DNA of 64,000 bases from Octopus vulgaris. Lineage: Eukaryota. The stretch's first letter is position 1. Every line of letters starts with the position of its first letter. The notes beneath the pieces were generated by a model that was given only the letters and a program-made list of their open reading frames with translations, was not told the origin of the DNA and did no database searches. Location: contig OX597826.1 of the NCBI GenBank assembly GCA_951406725.2, positions 5,208,001 through 5,272,000 of the forward strand. The letters run 5' to 3'. The translations under genes and the position numbers were made by a program. Shown piece by piece: positions 40,568-54,655 of the stretch.

Positions 40568-42598
40568 ATGAACTTTTGTGGTAATAGTCGAAACAACTCG
40601 GTTTTAGCCACACACCTGATTCTTTCGTTAATGTTTCCTCTGAATGAGAATCCATCATGAAACGATGGATTTTATGTGATGCAGTGTTACAGTCTGGTCA
40701 CACTTCACTCTCTCTCTTCTGTTCAATTTATTTCAGCATAACTGTAATAGTCGCAGCGGTGAGGTAAATGTTTAGCTGTCGGCAATTACTGTCTCTTTGA
40801 ATACATCATTATTGGAGTCCAGCGCAGTGCATCGTTTTGTGCGCGGTTACTATTTATATGTTGGCTATTTCTTCGAAACTAGCTTTCTTACTTTTGAGCA
40901 TGAATCGGAGGAGATAAGAGTTTTAGGATGTGGATGTGGTAGTATGATTAAGTGTATACGTCTGTGCGTGAGTATGTGTGTGTGTTGTTTGTGTGTGTGT
41001 GTTTGAGTATGTATGTGTGTGATTGCATGTGCATATGATTGTATGTGTCAGTCTGAAGGTGCATGTACGGTGTTTCAGTGTTTGATAGTCGTATTTAATG
41101 TTCTGTGTGTGTTTGAAGCTGCTTCAGTAACAAACGGCGGCGAATTGGCAGAGTCATTAAAGTGTCAGACTGCAGAGCGACGCTCTGCAATTTGAGATCA
41201 TATCTGAGAGATGTCACCATTTTCTCGATCATTTCGAAGAATCAAACTAAGATGATGCATTAGAAGAAACATAAAAAAGTCGGACCAGGTATTTTCGGTT
41301 TCATATTCCGACATGGAACCTTGCTTACCTATAGTAGAAACCACTCTCTTGCAAGCAGTCGGGCAAGGCTTTTGAGGATATTCTCCAGCCTTTCTGTATT
41401 TCATCTTGGCGGTTCTATAACTGCTTACCCTCCTGTTTAAAAAATAAAAAGAAACTAGTCCCGAGTGTCTTTTCTTGTACCATTGTTGTTTTTTTGTGTA
41501 AATTCTCTCTGAAATTTGAACATTGCTGATTTTGGATTTTGTCACTTCTGGTAACATTAATGGTATTGATCTTGCATTGGCCGTAAGAGTTGATATATAT
41601 ACGAATGATTTTTATGTTTCGTTTAAGATCTTTGCTTTGTTAAGTTTCATACGGTGTTTGATTACACAGTTATATCTGTGATGAACCAATACCTTATTCA
41701 GACCATATTAAACAGCGAGTACGTCGTCTTTAAAGAGTTTGTTTTTCCTTTTTAATTCTTCGTTAGTTAATAAATTGGCTGACTACTCGATAAAATCGAG
41801 CGTTTACTTGGAAGTGCCCATGAAAGTTTTACGGTGGAAAGGCACTCGAGACTAGTTTCTTTTTACAGTGGTAACTATTTTACAGAAAGTCATCTCTGAT
41901 TAAGTATGCCTAAAATCAAATACGTTATTTCCATGACTCTCCGACCTGTTCTTTTGTACAGGTAAGAATAGTCTAGCGGATGTTTCATTGTAAAGATACT
42001 AAAGTGTGGTTGGAGTGAAGTAAGGGAGATAGTTCGAGAAAAACGATTGACTAAGCAGGGAGAAGAAAATTACTCTACAGTTACTGATATTAATATTATT
42101 ATCTAACCCTGGATCATCTCCGTCCGAGAGGAACAATGATCAAAGCGTTCGATGCAAAACGTTTTGCTGGCTTTCATATAGTATGTAAAACAATCATGTG
42201 TATTTCTCCGTTATACTTCAAACGTTTTAATGTGATTTGAGGAAGATTTGGTTTCTCTTAATAGCAATTCAAGCCGTTACGTAGAGGCTCACCACTTGGA
42301 TCTGTTTTAAAGCTGCTAAGAAAGTAGACATATCAATGATACGAAAGTTAGATTCAGACAAGATAAACAACACTGGTATTACGGTTCATAGAGGTGTTGG
42401 GGGCATTCGTGACACTGGCGGTTTTTCTTATAAATATATGATAACCATCGAAAACAGTGACAGTAAATATCAATACAGACTGCGGTATTGTCAGTGAAAA
42501 TGATGCAGACTGATGAGGAATCTCAGGAAATGTGTGCGTGTGTGTGTATTTATGTATGTGTATACATATACATCTACACACATACACACACATGCATG

Positions 42599-42645
<47 letters not shown>

Positions 42646-42965
42646 GAATAGACATACTCACACATATACGTGTATTTGTGAATGCATGTGTGTGTGGGTG
42701 TTTAGGCTTAAGAGTGGTTTTAATTGGTGACGATAGTGATTGGTTTATGGAAACGGTGGTAATATATTAATTGACGTGTTATTATTACTGTTGCTGTTGT
42801 TAGTTGTTGTGGATGACGGAGATGATGATGAATGATGGTGGTGGTGGTAGTGATGATGATGATGATGATGATGAAGATGACGACGACGGTAATGGTGATG
42901 ATGATGATGACGACGACAACGACGACGGTAATGGTGATGAAGATGATGATGACGGTGGTAGTGAA

Positions 42966-43018
<53 letters not shown>

Positions 43019-43259
43019 CGTTGATGAAGATAAAGTTGGTGGCAGTGGTAGTGTGCGGACACATCAATAGATAGGAGGAAGCTATACTAATACTAGAAAT
43101 GTTTTTTTTTTTGTTTTTCAGAAATTCGCTTTGTAACTTGTCAATGTTGCATTGCTCTGGTGGTTGTGACATCTGTCTCATATTCGACGGAATTTATCAT
43201 GCATGCCTGATCAAATGGGCAAGTTCCAGGGTCTCGAGTGTGACATCTGGGATTCGGCT

Positions 43260-43630
43260 CTTGATCGTATATGAGGCAGAAGTCACAGTAACGCTACTTG
43301 ATAACCTAGTCAGAAAGAAGAATTACAACGTGTTATACGAAAGCAACTTCAAAAGACGTTATGGTAACCACCAATCTTTCCGGCACATCAACAAGAGTAA
43401 AGCCAATAAATTCGTTAGCCACGTATCAGGTTTGAAGACCAACCCCACGCTACATGCAATCAAGTGGAGAATCATAGAAAAATCCATGTCATGTATTAAT
43501 GAATCTAAGAAGTGTTAAGCGTAGCTGAAAGATTACATATATTTTTTAGATTTTAGAATTCCATCAGGTTATTGAATTCCAGATCAGAAATGTTCAGCAA
43601 GTGCAAACCTATGGACAAATTCCTTTCGTG
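43260..43630 (+). pseudogene. Penelope-like GIY-YIG endonuclease remnant
   Basis: IVYEAEV...FKRRYGNHQSFRH...IKWRIIEKS...KKC, then LLNSRSEMFSKC downstream. Confidence 0.7.
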
Positions 43631-44566
43631 AATTTGAGAACAGAACTCCAACCGAACTGAAGAACACTATATCACAAACTTTAGATCTCTTCCATTGATA
43701 CACCAACTGTATTTATGGTTTTACGGCCAAAGAGGACATTACTCTAATAGACTCCCGTTTTTAGTGTTCTGTTACATTTGCCCCCTTCTACGTTTTGCAT
43801 CTAACTTCCTCTCGTACTTTTCCCATGATTTCTCTTTTACTATCGTCCCAATTTGTAAATTTTATAGGCCATGTACTCAGAGCCAGCAGACTGCTTGGAG
43901 ACATTAGGCGTGTTGTTAAAACCTGCCTCGAACACATCTCCCATGTATGAAACTCTTAGTAACTCATAAAAATAAAAAGGCACACACCATGTAAAAACAT
44001 CATCTGTCATTAAATAACCAACAGGTCAGGCTGAAGTCTGACCTGGCATGAAAGAGCAATAACAACAGATATCACTGACTGCTAAAAATCCCGTTTGAAA
44101 GGAAATAACAATTATAAATTACAAATATTTTGCTAACTTGCAATATCAACTACAATTATCGTATGAATTGTTATTTTTGCTCCAATCACACCCACCCAAG
44201 CTAAATAATTTACAAATAGTTTTATTTTTTAGCCATATGCTTAACCATAGTTTTTCTTATAGGAATAGCTTAAGTAAGCAACTATTTGATGGGTATTTAG
44301 TGGCAGTTATAGGCAATAGTTGTTTATATTGCCGGTCTCTTTGTGACTATGTGTATAATTGATAGTGTCGATTATTCCTGATAGGCGCCTGGATAAGTTT
44401 ACACCGATGTTTGTTCAGCTTACCATATCAATCATTCCTAACCATAATATTCAAATTCTGAATTTCTAGCACATTTTAAATTAAGACAGAACCAGTTTCG
44501 ACTTGTACTTGTTACTATATATAGACACATGAATTCACACACATGCGCACGCACACTCACGCACAC

Positions 44567-45418
<852 letters not shown>

Positions 45419-45427
45419 ATACACACA

Positions 45428-45529
<102 letters not shown>

Positions 45530-45784
45530 TGTATATATATAATCATTAATATGAGGGAAGTTATTCCCGTGTCCACAAGGGAGAGAAATTCAATTTAGCG
45601 GTACTAAAATGAATTTCTCGCTGTATTATATACATATATATATAGATAGGTTTAAGAGACCGAACCACCTTCAAGCAAATCAATCAACATTGAACGACAT
45701 TATCTATGATAGAAATATATAAGATTAAATTTCATCAAAATTAATATCTACAATTACTATTGTGAATCTTATATTAAATTACAT

Positions 45785-45895
45785 AGACTACGCGCGTTTC
45801 ATGACAATATATCTATCGGTATTGCTGAAATAGAAGGTCTCAAATTCAATACCTATATATACATATCATATTATATATATTCATTCTTCAGTTGC
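45785..45895 (-). ncRNA. hammerhead-like motif with long stem II insert
   Basis: Minus strand reads CTGAAGA ATGA ... TCAT GAAA CGCGCG TA. Confidence 0.5.
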
Positions 45896-45929
45896 TTATT
45901 AGTATTCTTAATTTTAACTCATGTCCATT

Positions 45930-45974
45930 GTCCGGAAATGTTTCGTCACACATCTGTGATCTTTTCAACGGCAC
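45930..45974 (-). ncRNA. minimal hammerhead-like motif, U3:A8 core variant
   Basis: Minus strand reads ccg TTGAAAA GA TCACA gatg TGTGA C GAAA CATT TC cgg. Confidence 0.45.
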
Positions 45975-46071
45975 TTTCCGTCCTCGAGTGTGCTCTTGCT
46001 CCGCTTAGAAGAACAGAATGTACTATACATACATACATACATACATACATACATACATACATACATAAATA

Positions 46072-46171
<100 letters not shown>

Positions 46172-46611
46172 CACACACATATTTTTATATACACATAGAT
46201 ACACACATTCATACACATACATATATATCATACATATATATAAATGCATTCATACGTACATGCATACATATAGATGTGCTGTGTTCCTGATGAATTTATT
46301 ATTGTTGGGGAGACAATATCTTCTAAGATAAGAAGACATTGTTTCGTCATTGTCTGCTACATAAAATAAAGTTATTAATGTTTATAATCTTATAATATAG
46401 CAATGTTTTGTGGTATTCTATCCTCCTTTGCCATCACCAGCACTGCATCAGCTGAGAGAAATAAATTAATTTAAATTCAGCATTCTACAAAGTTTGGTAT
46501 GAAGAGAAAATACTTTAGAGTGTAAAAAGGCATAAATGAATAATTCTCATCCTAAATCATTAACTGCTTAGTAGTTGACAAAAGAGAAAGGGATAGAGGG
46601 AAAGAGAGAGC

Positions 46612-46642
<31 letters not shown>

Positions 46643-47390
46643 GAGAAAGAACGAGGGGGAGAGAACAGAAAAGAGAAGAGGGTTCATTTTCTTTCATGCT
46701 GGTTAAATATCTCCAAGGGAAGTCCATCTTGTACGATCGATTTTTTATATATATTTAGAGCCATTTCTTTTTTTACCTGCGAACAACTTTCACCAGCCTC
46801 TTTTGGTGCATGCTTTCCGGGAACAGATAAAAATTTCCGGGTGTTACTTCGTTTCGTCCTACCCATCAAGGACTGTTAGAAAAGTCAGGCTTCATGTTCA
46901 CGTCGCTATAGCTGTTGCCACTAATTTTTCATGAATATTTTGAATTAAAAGTGACCAGGGGAATTTGAACATCTGATGAGATCGTGGTGATTTTAGCGTT
47001 TTAGGTAAAACAATATTTTGTGGCTGAAGTAAAGTTGCGCTCTTTGCATCAAAGAGTAAAGAGCATACACAAATAAATTTTCTATACGTTTGTATCTGTG
47101 GGTAACACTATTTTTTCCCCACTGGAATCGTCAGAACGGCAAAACATGAGACACAATTTAAATAAATTTAATTGAATTCAAAATTCCTGAATTTTCTTAT
47201 AAAGAGGAAATGGTTTATAAATCAGAAAAAAACATGTTTTGCATTCTAAATCGCTAAAAGTCTAACAGTGGAAAATAGAGGAAGAGAGGGGCGAGAGAGA
47301 GAGAGAGAGAGAGAGAGAGGAGGGAGATATTTCTTACATGCAATTTAAATCCTCCTGTGTTGGAATGTCTGATTAAAAGCGCATATATAA

Positions 47391-47547
47391 GCGCAAACGT
47401 GGCTCTGTGGTAAGAAGGTTGCTTACCAACCACATGGTTCTGGGTTCAGTCCCACTGAGTGGCAGCTTGGGCACGTGTTTTCCGGTATAGCATTGGGTGT
47501 ATGTATGTATGTATGTATGTATGTATGTATGTATGTATGTATGTATG

Positions 47548-47583
<36 letters not shown>

Positions 47584-47835
47584 TGTATTTGTATATATAT
47601 ATATATATCTGTGTGTGTGTGTGTGTGAGCGTGTGTTTGTGTTTGTACCCCCTCCATCGCTTGGCAACTGATTGCTGTGTTTACGTCCACGAAACTTAGC
47701 CGTTAGGCAAAACGCACCAATAGAATAGGTACTAAGCTCACAAAGAATAAATCCTGGCGTATATGTCGTCGACGAAAAGTGTTGCACCAGAATGGCCGTA
47801 TTCACATGACCGAAAGAAATAAAATTATGAAAGAC
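47391..47835 (+). mobile_element. SINE family A, internally deleted
   Basis: Head gtggctctgtggtaagaag...gggttcagtcccactg and the family A 3' body. Confidence 0.8.
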
Positions 47836-47848
47836 AATATCACTTTAA

Positions 47849-47877
47849 CCTCGAGCACCGCCGGGTATCTCTGCTAG
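47849..47877 (+). mobile_element. solo Helitron 3' terminus
   Basis: ctcgagcaccgccgggtatctctgCTAGt resembles the hairpin-CTAG ends at 8444 and 59605. Confidence 0.5.
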
Positions 47878-47895
47878 TGTGTGTGATTGTGTGTT

Positions 47896-47943
<48 letters not shown>

Positions 47944-48379
47944 CATATATATATATTTACCTACCTATCTATCTGTCTATCTATCTACCTATCTACCATC
48001 TATCTATCTATCTATCTATCTATATATACACACACACATAAACGCATATACGAGTGTGTGTGGGGTGTGGGTGGATCATGTGATCCTGCATCTACAGATC
48101 AGCATACATGGCTATATTGATTGATCTTAAGGTAAGGAGGTGTTGATAGGGAGTGAGAAAGCGTATAAACTCAGCCTAAATCTCTAAATGAACGACGTCG
48201 TAGCAATGGAGAAAAAAAAAATGAGCGTTTATATATGTAAGGGATTTAGAAGGCTGGATAACTCTAGGAACAACATCTCAGAAAGGGGCCTGAACTTCGT
48301 ATTTAACTAAATGGACAGGCATGCGTTTTGTAAATCCTGTAGCTGAATCCACGTAACTATAAGAGCTGTTTACATTGAA

Positions 48380-48660
48380 GGAGAGATAAGGCCGAATATC
48401 AAAATTTCCTAGAAGACAATGTATTATATTGTCAGCATCTCAAGAAATATTATTCACAAGATATAAGAGAATCTGCTGCTCGGACAGAATCGAGAAATTT
48501 CATATAACTTAATTTGTGGACGATGATCTTGAGCGGAAGATGTACTGGAAGATGGGTCACCTCGAATCTACCTGGATAAAGGATTCTCCTGTATTTGTGG
48601 ACAGATTAACCTCAATAATGCTTCTGTCTGACATTTTTTTATCCGCATTGCAATAGTTTA
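48380..48660 (+). pseudogene. highly decayed Tc1/mariner-like transposase fragment
   Basis: GFSCICGQINLNNA resembles the F.L.G.VN.HN motif after the first catalytic D; weak evidence. Confidence 0.3.
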
Positions 48661-48818
48661 TCGTGAATTCGCTGACGCATCTATTTACATACAAACCTTC
48701 ATACATGCGTACATACATACATATGCGTACATACTACATATGTACATACATACATATGTATATATATAATATATATATTTATATATAATATATATATTAT
48801 ATATATGTATGTACTACA

Positions 48819-48896
<78 letters not shown>

Positions 48897-49664
48897 GTAT
48901 GTGTGTGTGTACGTGTGTGTACATATGTCAGCGAGTTTATATAATTGTGTATCTTTGATTGTGTGTAGTGTGGCTAGATTTGTATGTGTGTTCGCGTGTG
49001 TTCTGTCGTGTATAAGTACATCAGGATTTGTGACCACTGTTGTATGACACATTCTGTATTTCATGTTTAAGCCCTTGTGGACGATAAAGAATTATTATTA
49101 TTATTATTATTATAATTTTTATTATTATGATTTGTAGTAGTAGTAGTAGTAATAGTAGTAGTGGTAGTAGTAATGCAACGTGAGCAGATTTTTCGTAATG
49201 TGTATCTGTTTAAAAGGCATGATAACAATACTTTATTATTACTAGCATGGCCCTCAAAAGGAGAAAAAAAATTGTTATATACAACTTTATCAGAATGAAA
49301 ACAAGAAAATATAGAAATAAATATATTACCAACGAGTACCGATCAAAGACAATAAACGAGCGAATACCAAACACTAGCTCACTGTTCACCAGTCTCCCCC
49401 CCTCTCTCTCGCTCTCTCTTTGTCTTTTTCTCTGCTTTCTATCTATTTCATGTATCGATCCGTCTGTTTGTCTCGCTGTGTGTCTGTCTTTCTGCAGCTC
49501 TGTCGCTATACGCACAGACATATGTAGTCACACAGTCATATTCAACATGTTACAAAGATTTGTAATATCTATGCGCGGCTATTCATAGACACCCTCCATA
49601 TTTATGTGCTTATGAGAATATATATATAGGTGCGTGTGTGTGTATGTATGTATGAATGTATACA

Positions 49665-49920
49665 AAAATACAAAAATGAGACAAGAACACAAAACATCCA
49701 GACAGGTGAAACAAAAAAAGAAAACCAAAATATTCAGACAGACGATACAAGGAAAACAAGGTCGGATCATTCGGAGTTTTCTATCTTCAGTCGAGTTCTA
49801 GATTATCTTTGCAATTTCGGTTGGTTATACTCGATATTGCTCCAATTTGGCCAGCCCCAAGGAAAAAATAAGCTAAGAGCATTATATTCCTTGGAAGAAA
49901 GCAGCGAATGTATGCCAAAC
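49665..49920. mobile_element. unclassified repeat between (TATG)n tracts, same family as 31641-31801
   Basis: Colinear similarity over about 160 bp. Confidence 0.7.
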
Positions 49921-50119
49921 ATATATATGTATGTATGTATGTATGTATTTATGTATGTATGTATGTATGTATGTACGTATGTATGTATGCATGCATGCAT
50001 GTATGTATGTACGTATGTATGTATGCATGCATGCATGTATGTATGTATGTATGTATTTCTGTATATATGTAGATATGTAGATATGTAAATATCTGTATAT
50101 CTTTATCTGTCAATCTATA

Positions 50120-50195
<76 letters not shown>

Positions 50196-50739
50196 AACTT
50201 AGATAAACTTAGATATGTTTCGACCAAAGATTGGTCCAGGCCATACAAACGTACATACATACATGGAAATATATATACATTACATCTATCTATCTATGTG
50301 TGTGTATATATATCTATATATGCACTCATTTATAAATGTAAGTACATAAATATTTAGACGTATTATTACAAAGTAATTACGCTACATAATCTTCCATTAC
50401 TGAACTGTTTCAGCTGTATGAAATTGGCAAATAGTACAAGTAAAACGTTTTATTTCACCCTCATTGAAAACTGTAGAATCCTGTGCAATGCGCCTGATCT
50501 CTACGGAAGGTCTCTGTAGGTCTTTCAGAAATTGATGACTGCAATGTGCAAAATATTCTCACCTTCATATTCGATGAAAGCTTGTGCAGACCGGAATATT
50601 ATAAACTTGACCGCATGTCTTGTTTCGCTATAGTTTTATAGGAATCTGCTTTATTTCAGTAATATACCTATTAGTTAATAGCATTTGTTGCCGGATGTAT
50701 TTTGTTAAAGTGGTTATTGTTATTCCCTTTGACAATGAA

Positions 50740-50845
50740 ACTGTAAATGTATCTACAAAGCACTCAAAGTACATTTGGAGAACTAACGACAATAATGGAG
50801 ACAACACACTGGAGCAGAGAATTAAAGAGAGAAAAATCTAGAATG
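50740..50845 (+). pseudogene. Penelope-like endonuclease fragment
   Basis: STKHSKYIWRTNDNN resembles the T.LS.YIW.LKD motif. Confidence 0.4.
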
Positions 50846-51156
50846 GCAATTCATAAATTGAGCGGAATGATAACACACTCCGTCCGTGAAGGCAATTGAA
50901 GATTTTCTGCACGCACTTTCTGACTATTTTGAACTTAATAAACAGCCCTAGCCACCATTCGAATGCATTCAGTTAAAATATAAATTAAATGTTCGTTTAT
51001 TTTGAAATACTTCAAAACTTGTATACTTTATCTAGTGTGGCACTCTTTTAGCTGTGCATTCTTTATCGTTATTATAAAATAATTTATTTCCTATATTCCT
51101 CTCCTAGTATATTTTCAAATACCAGCCAGCCCGTTCCATAATTGTTACTATCAAAT

Positions 51157-51275
51157 AGGCGGAGGCGTAGCTGTGTGGTAAGAATGTTCTTTCCCAACCA
51201 CATGGTTCCGGGTTTCGTTCCACTGCATGACCGCTTCAGTAAGCGTCTTCTACTGTAGATTCGGGCTGACCAAAT
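51157..51275 (+). mobile_element. SINE family A head fragment
   Basis: ggcggaggcgtagctgtgtggtaagaa...aaccacatggttccggg. Confidence 0.75.
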
Positions 51276-51507
51276 AATCACGATCTGAGAAGTTCGAGCG
51301 ACGGAGGTAAGCGTTGATTATCTGCCACTGGTAATAGCTATGCTATTATATTCAGCATATAACCATATGGGCGTTTTCTCTCTTGGTAAATATTGCAGTA
51401 TTTGTGTTCTAACGCAACATCCACTTGGAAATGATGTCAATATTACATTTGGATATTAATACTGCTTCTCTCGCTTTTTTACATATATACATAAGTATTT
51501 AAAAATA

Positions 51508-51608
<101 letters not shown>

Positions 51609-52148
51609 GTGTGTGTGTGTGTGCATGTTTACATACAAATATACATAAATACATTCACAGAAGAACATATATAACGAGCACCCTCACAGTTTCATTCTGC
51701 ATATTTCACAAAAAATTCAATGGCCAAGACACTGGATCAGTGTACCGCAAAGCGGAGCCGAATTTTAAGCCCAGTATTAACAAAATATAAACAAAGAGAG
51801 AGGAAGGTACTACATTAGAAATTGAATGAATTGAACGTGGCACGAATTTCTTCACTTTTTGAGATTACGTCAAGCGTAGACGTACGTATATTATTTGCAA
51901 AAGCTAAGGAACGAATAAATGCGTAAATTCAGGTGAACCTTGTCGGTAGCAGATTATTAACTATTACACACACACTCACACACAGAGGATGATTGAAATG
52001 TAACCCTCTATTTTATAATACTTATTAATTATTTATTTATTGCAATTATTTTCTCAGACTTTTTATGTTCGTTTATTTATTTTTGAAGAACGACAATTTA
52101 ATCTGAAATCGTATTGTTCTTGTTGTTTGTGAATTGCTGAATGCCTAA

Positions 52149-52416
52149 TTCCCTAGAAGATGGATAGGGTCATTGTTATCCGCATGAATGGCCAGCCAGG
52201 AGTCCTAGCTTAAAACCTTGTGACTTCTTTCTTCGGGGTTTGTTAAAGGAACAAGTCTACCGTAACAAACCAAAGTCTTTCGAAGGCCTTGAAGGTAGAA
52301 TAAGACAAAGTATGTCTTGTTCCATCTCACAAGTGTTTCTGGTGAAATCAGTCGACGTAATTCCTGGCCGACACAAGAAGCCGCTGGCGACATCTGGACC
52401 CCATATCGAATTTTAA
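52149..52416 (+). pseudogene. Tc1/mariner-superfamily (DDxD type) transposase C-terminal remnant
   Basis: FPRRWIG-(frameshift)-EWPARSPSLKPCDFFLRGLLKEQVYRNKPKS...GPHIEF*, matching the WP.RSPDL.PCDFFLWG.LK..VY motif. Missed by the ORF track. Confidence 0.85.
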
Positions 52417-53335
52417 ATAAAACCTCATACTAATAACTTTCTTCTCATATATATTGCCATTAATAAATAATTGGTTCTCCATTTATGTATAGATATAAGT
52501 CAGCAGTGTTGTTCATGAACATAAGCAAAGAGTGATTCGTTTTACCGATTTAGTCAATACTCAGGTTTCAGATGTCCTCTCTCATACGGCATTGCAATAG
52601 CCCAAGGTATAGGTAAGGGCCGAGACAGGCTTGTGTGAATTTTATCACACGAAAATCATTCCAGAACAAATATCACAAAACGTTTAGCCCAAAATTGCAA
52701 ATTGTTCTCACAATACATCGCCTCATTTTATTTATTTACACGCAGGCAGACAAACACGCAAGCATAAACATACACTCACACACACATACACATACACTCA
52801 CACACAGATAAATATGTAAGTCATTACAGCCGTTTCTAACGAATTTTGTTATTGATAAATGGGTAGATTATATCATTATAAAAATCCGTTTCCTTCAGAT
52901 GAATCCATGAATTCTACAATCGAGGATACTTATACACCTCCCATGGAAAATTACTACTTCCGAGGTTCCGCTCGAAATGAAACATATGTAGATCAGATGT
53001 AGTCCATTCCTATATTTTTAGATCTTAGGTCGCGTACCCGGTATATATATATATAACAAACATCAGAAAAGGAAAAAATGCCCAAGGATGTTTACTGGTT
53101 AAATTAATAGGTTGATGCTCCGGAAAAGAAGACATAAATTATAGAGTAAACCGTATTGGATACCTTCGTTGAATGCCTGAAGGATATCCAGGTTTGGCGG
53201 AAATAGGAGAAGAAAGAAGGGAATACAGAACATCAGAAGAAATGTTCCTTGGTTTGATTCATATGTTCGAACAATCTCTCTCTCTCTGTACACACACACA
53301 CACATCACACACACACACACACATCACACACACAC

Positions 53336-53404
<69 letters not shown>

Positions 53405-53414
53405 AATATATATG

Positions 53415-53950
53415 TGGTCCCGATTCAGTCTCACGGTATTGCACCTTGGGCAAGTGCTTTCTACTATATAGCCTCGGATCGACCAAAGCCTTGTGAGTGG
53501 ATTTGGTAAACGGAAACTGAAAGAAACCCGTCGTATATATATATATATATATGTATGTATATATATATAGGGAGCGTTTACGAAAAAAAAAGCAAAAGAC
53601 GAAGACAGGTGGTGTACAAAACAAACAGATGCATTAGTATAACGCTTAGGAATAGAAAACATATTTTACGTTTCGAGCCTACGCTCTTCTACAGAAAGGG
53701 ACACAGAAAAAACAAGGAGAGAAACAAGGAGAGAAAAAAATGTGTGTAGTGGCTAACGATGTGTTTGTGTTTGTCCCCCTCACCATCGCTGGACAACCAA
53801 TGTTGGTGTGTTTACGTCCCTGTAATCTAGCGGTTCGGCAAAACGGTCCGATAGAATAAGTACTAGGCTTATAACGAACAAGTCCTGAAGTCGATTTGTT
53901 CGCCTAAAGGCGGTACTCCAGCATGGGCACAGTAAAATTACTGACCTAAG
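53415..53950 (+). mobile_element. SINE family A interrupted by a nested hammerhead-bearing repeat (53570-53760, minus strand)
   Basis: The family A 5' part ends at gaaacccgtcg(TA)n and resumes at gtgtttgtcccc. The insert matches 34255-34460. Confidence 0.85.
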
Positions 53951-53957
53951 TAGATAT

Positions 53958-54021
<64 letters not shown>

Positions 54022-54098
54022 TGGGAGGGCGAGAGATAAATACATTGATAGATAGATTGATAGATAAACGCAGAGAAATAGACAGACAGACAGACAGG

Positions 54099-54187
<89 letters not shown>

Positions 54188-54584
54188 GAAAGGAAGGAAA
54201 GATGAGAAATGACTGTAGGCGAATCGTTTCTGAAAAGTCTAGATGTGCCCCGATGTAAATTGTGGTAAATACTCCGTACTTTGTGTTCTGTGGTATATCT
54301 GTAATTCATTCTTCTCTTTTGTGTAATGCATTTAGACATAAATTCATAGCACAGTCTATGTTGTGTCTTTGTTCTGCACTCTCAGAGATTAAAAATCTCG
54401 CTTAAATGAACTAGAATTGTACTGCCTTGGTTTGTGTGCATCAAGGTAACATATAAACATATAAACATACATACAGACAGACACACACACATATATATAT
54501 ACACCTAAATATATACATAGGTATATATATATATATATATATATGTACATACAACGTACATACGTATATGTATGTATATATGCG

Positions 54585-54655
<71 letters not shown>

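Noticed and set aside
52395-52413. ctggaccccatatcgaattt similarity to the Helitron interior near 8613
   Set aside because: Here it is the end of a transposase reading frame; probably a chance match.
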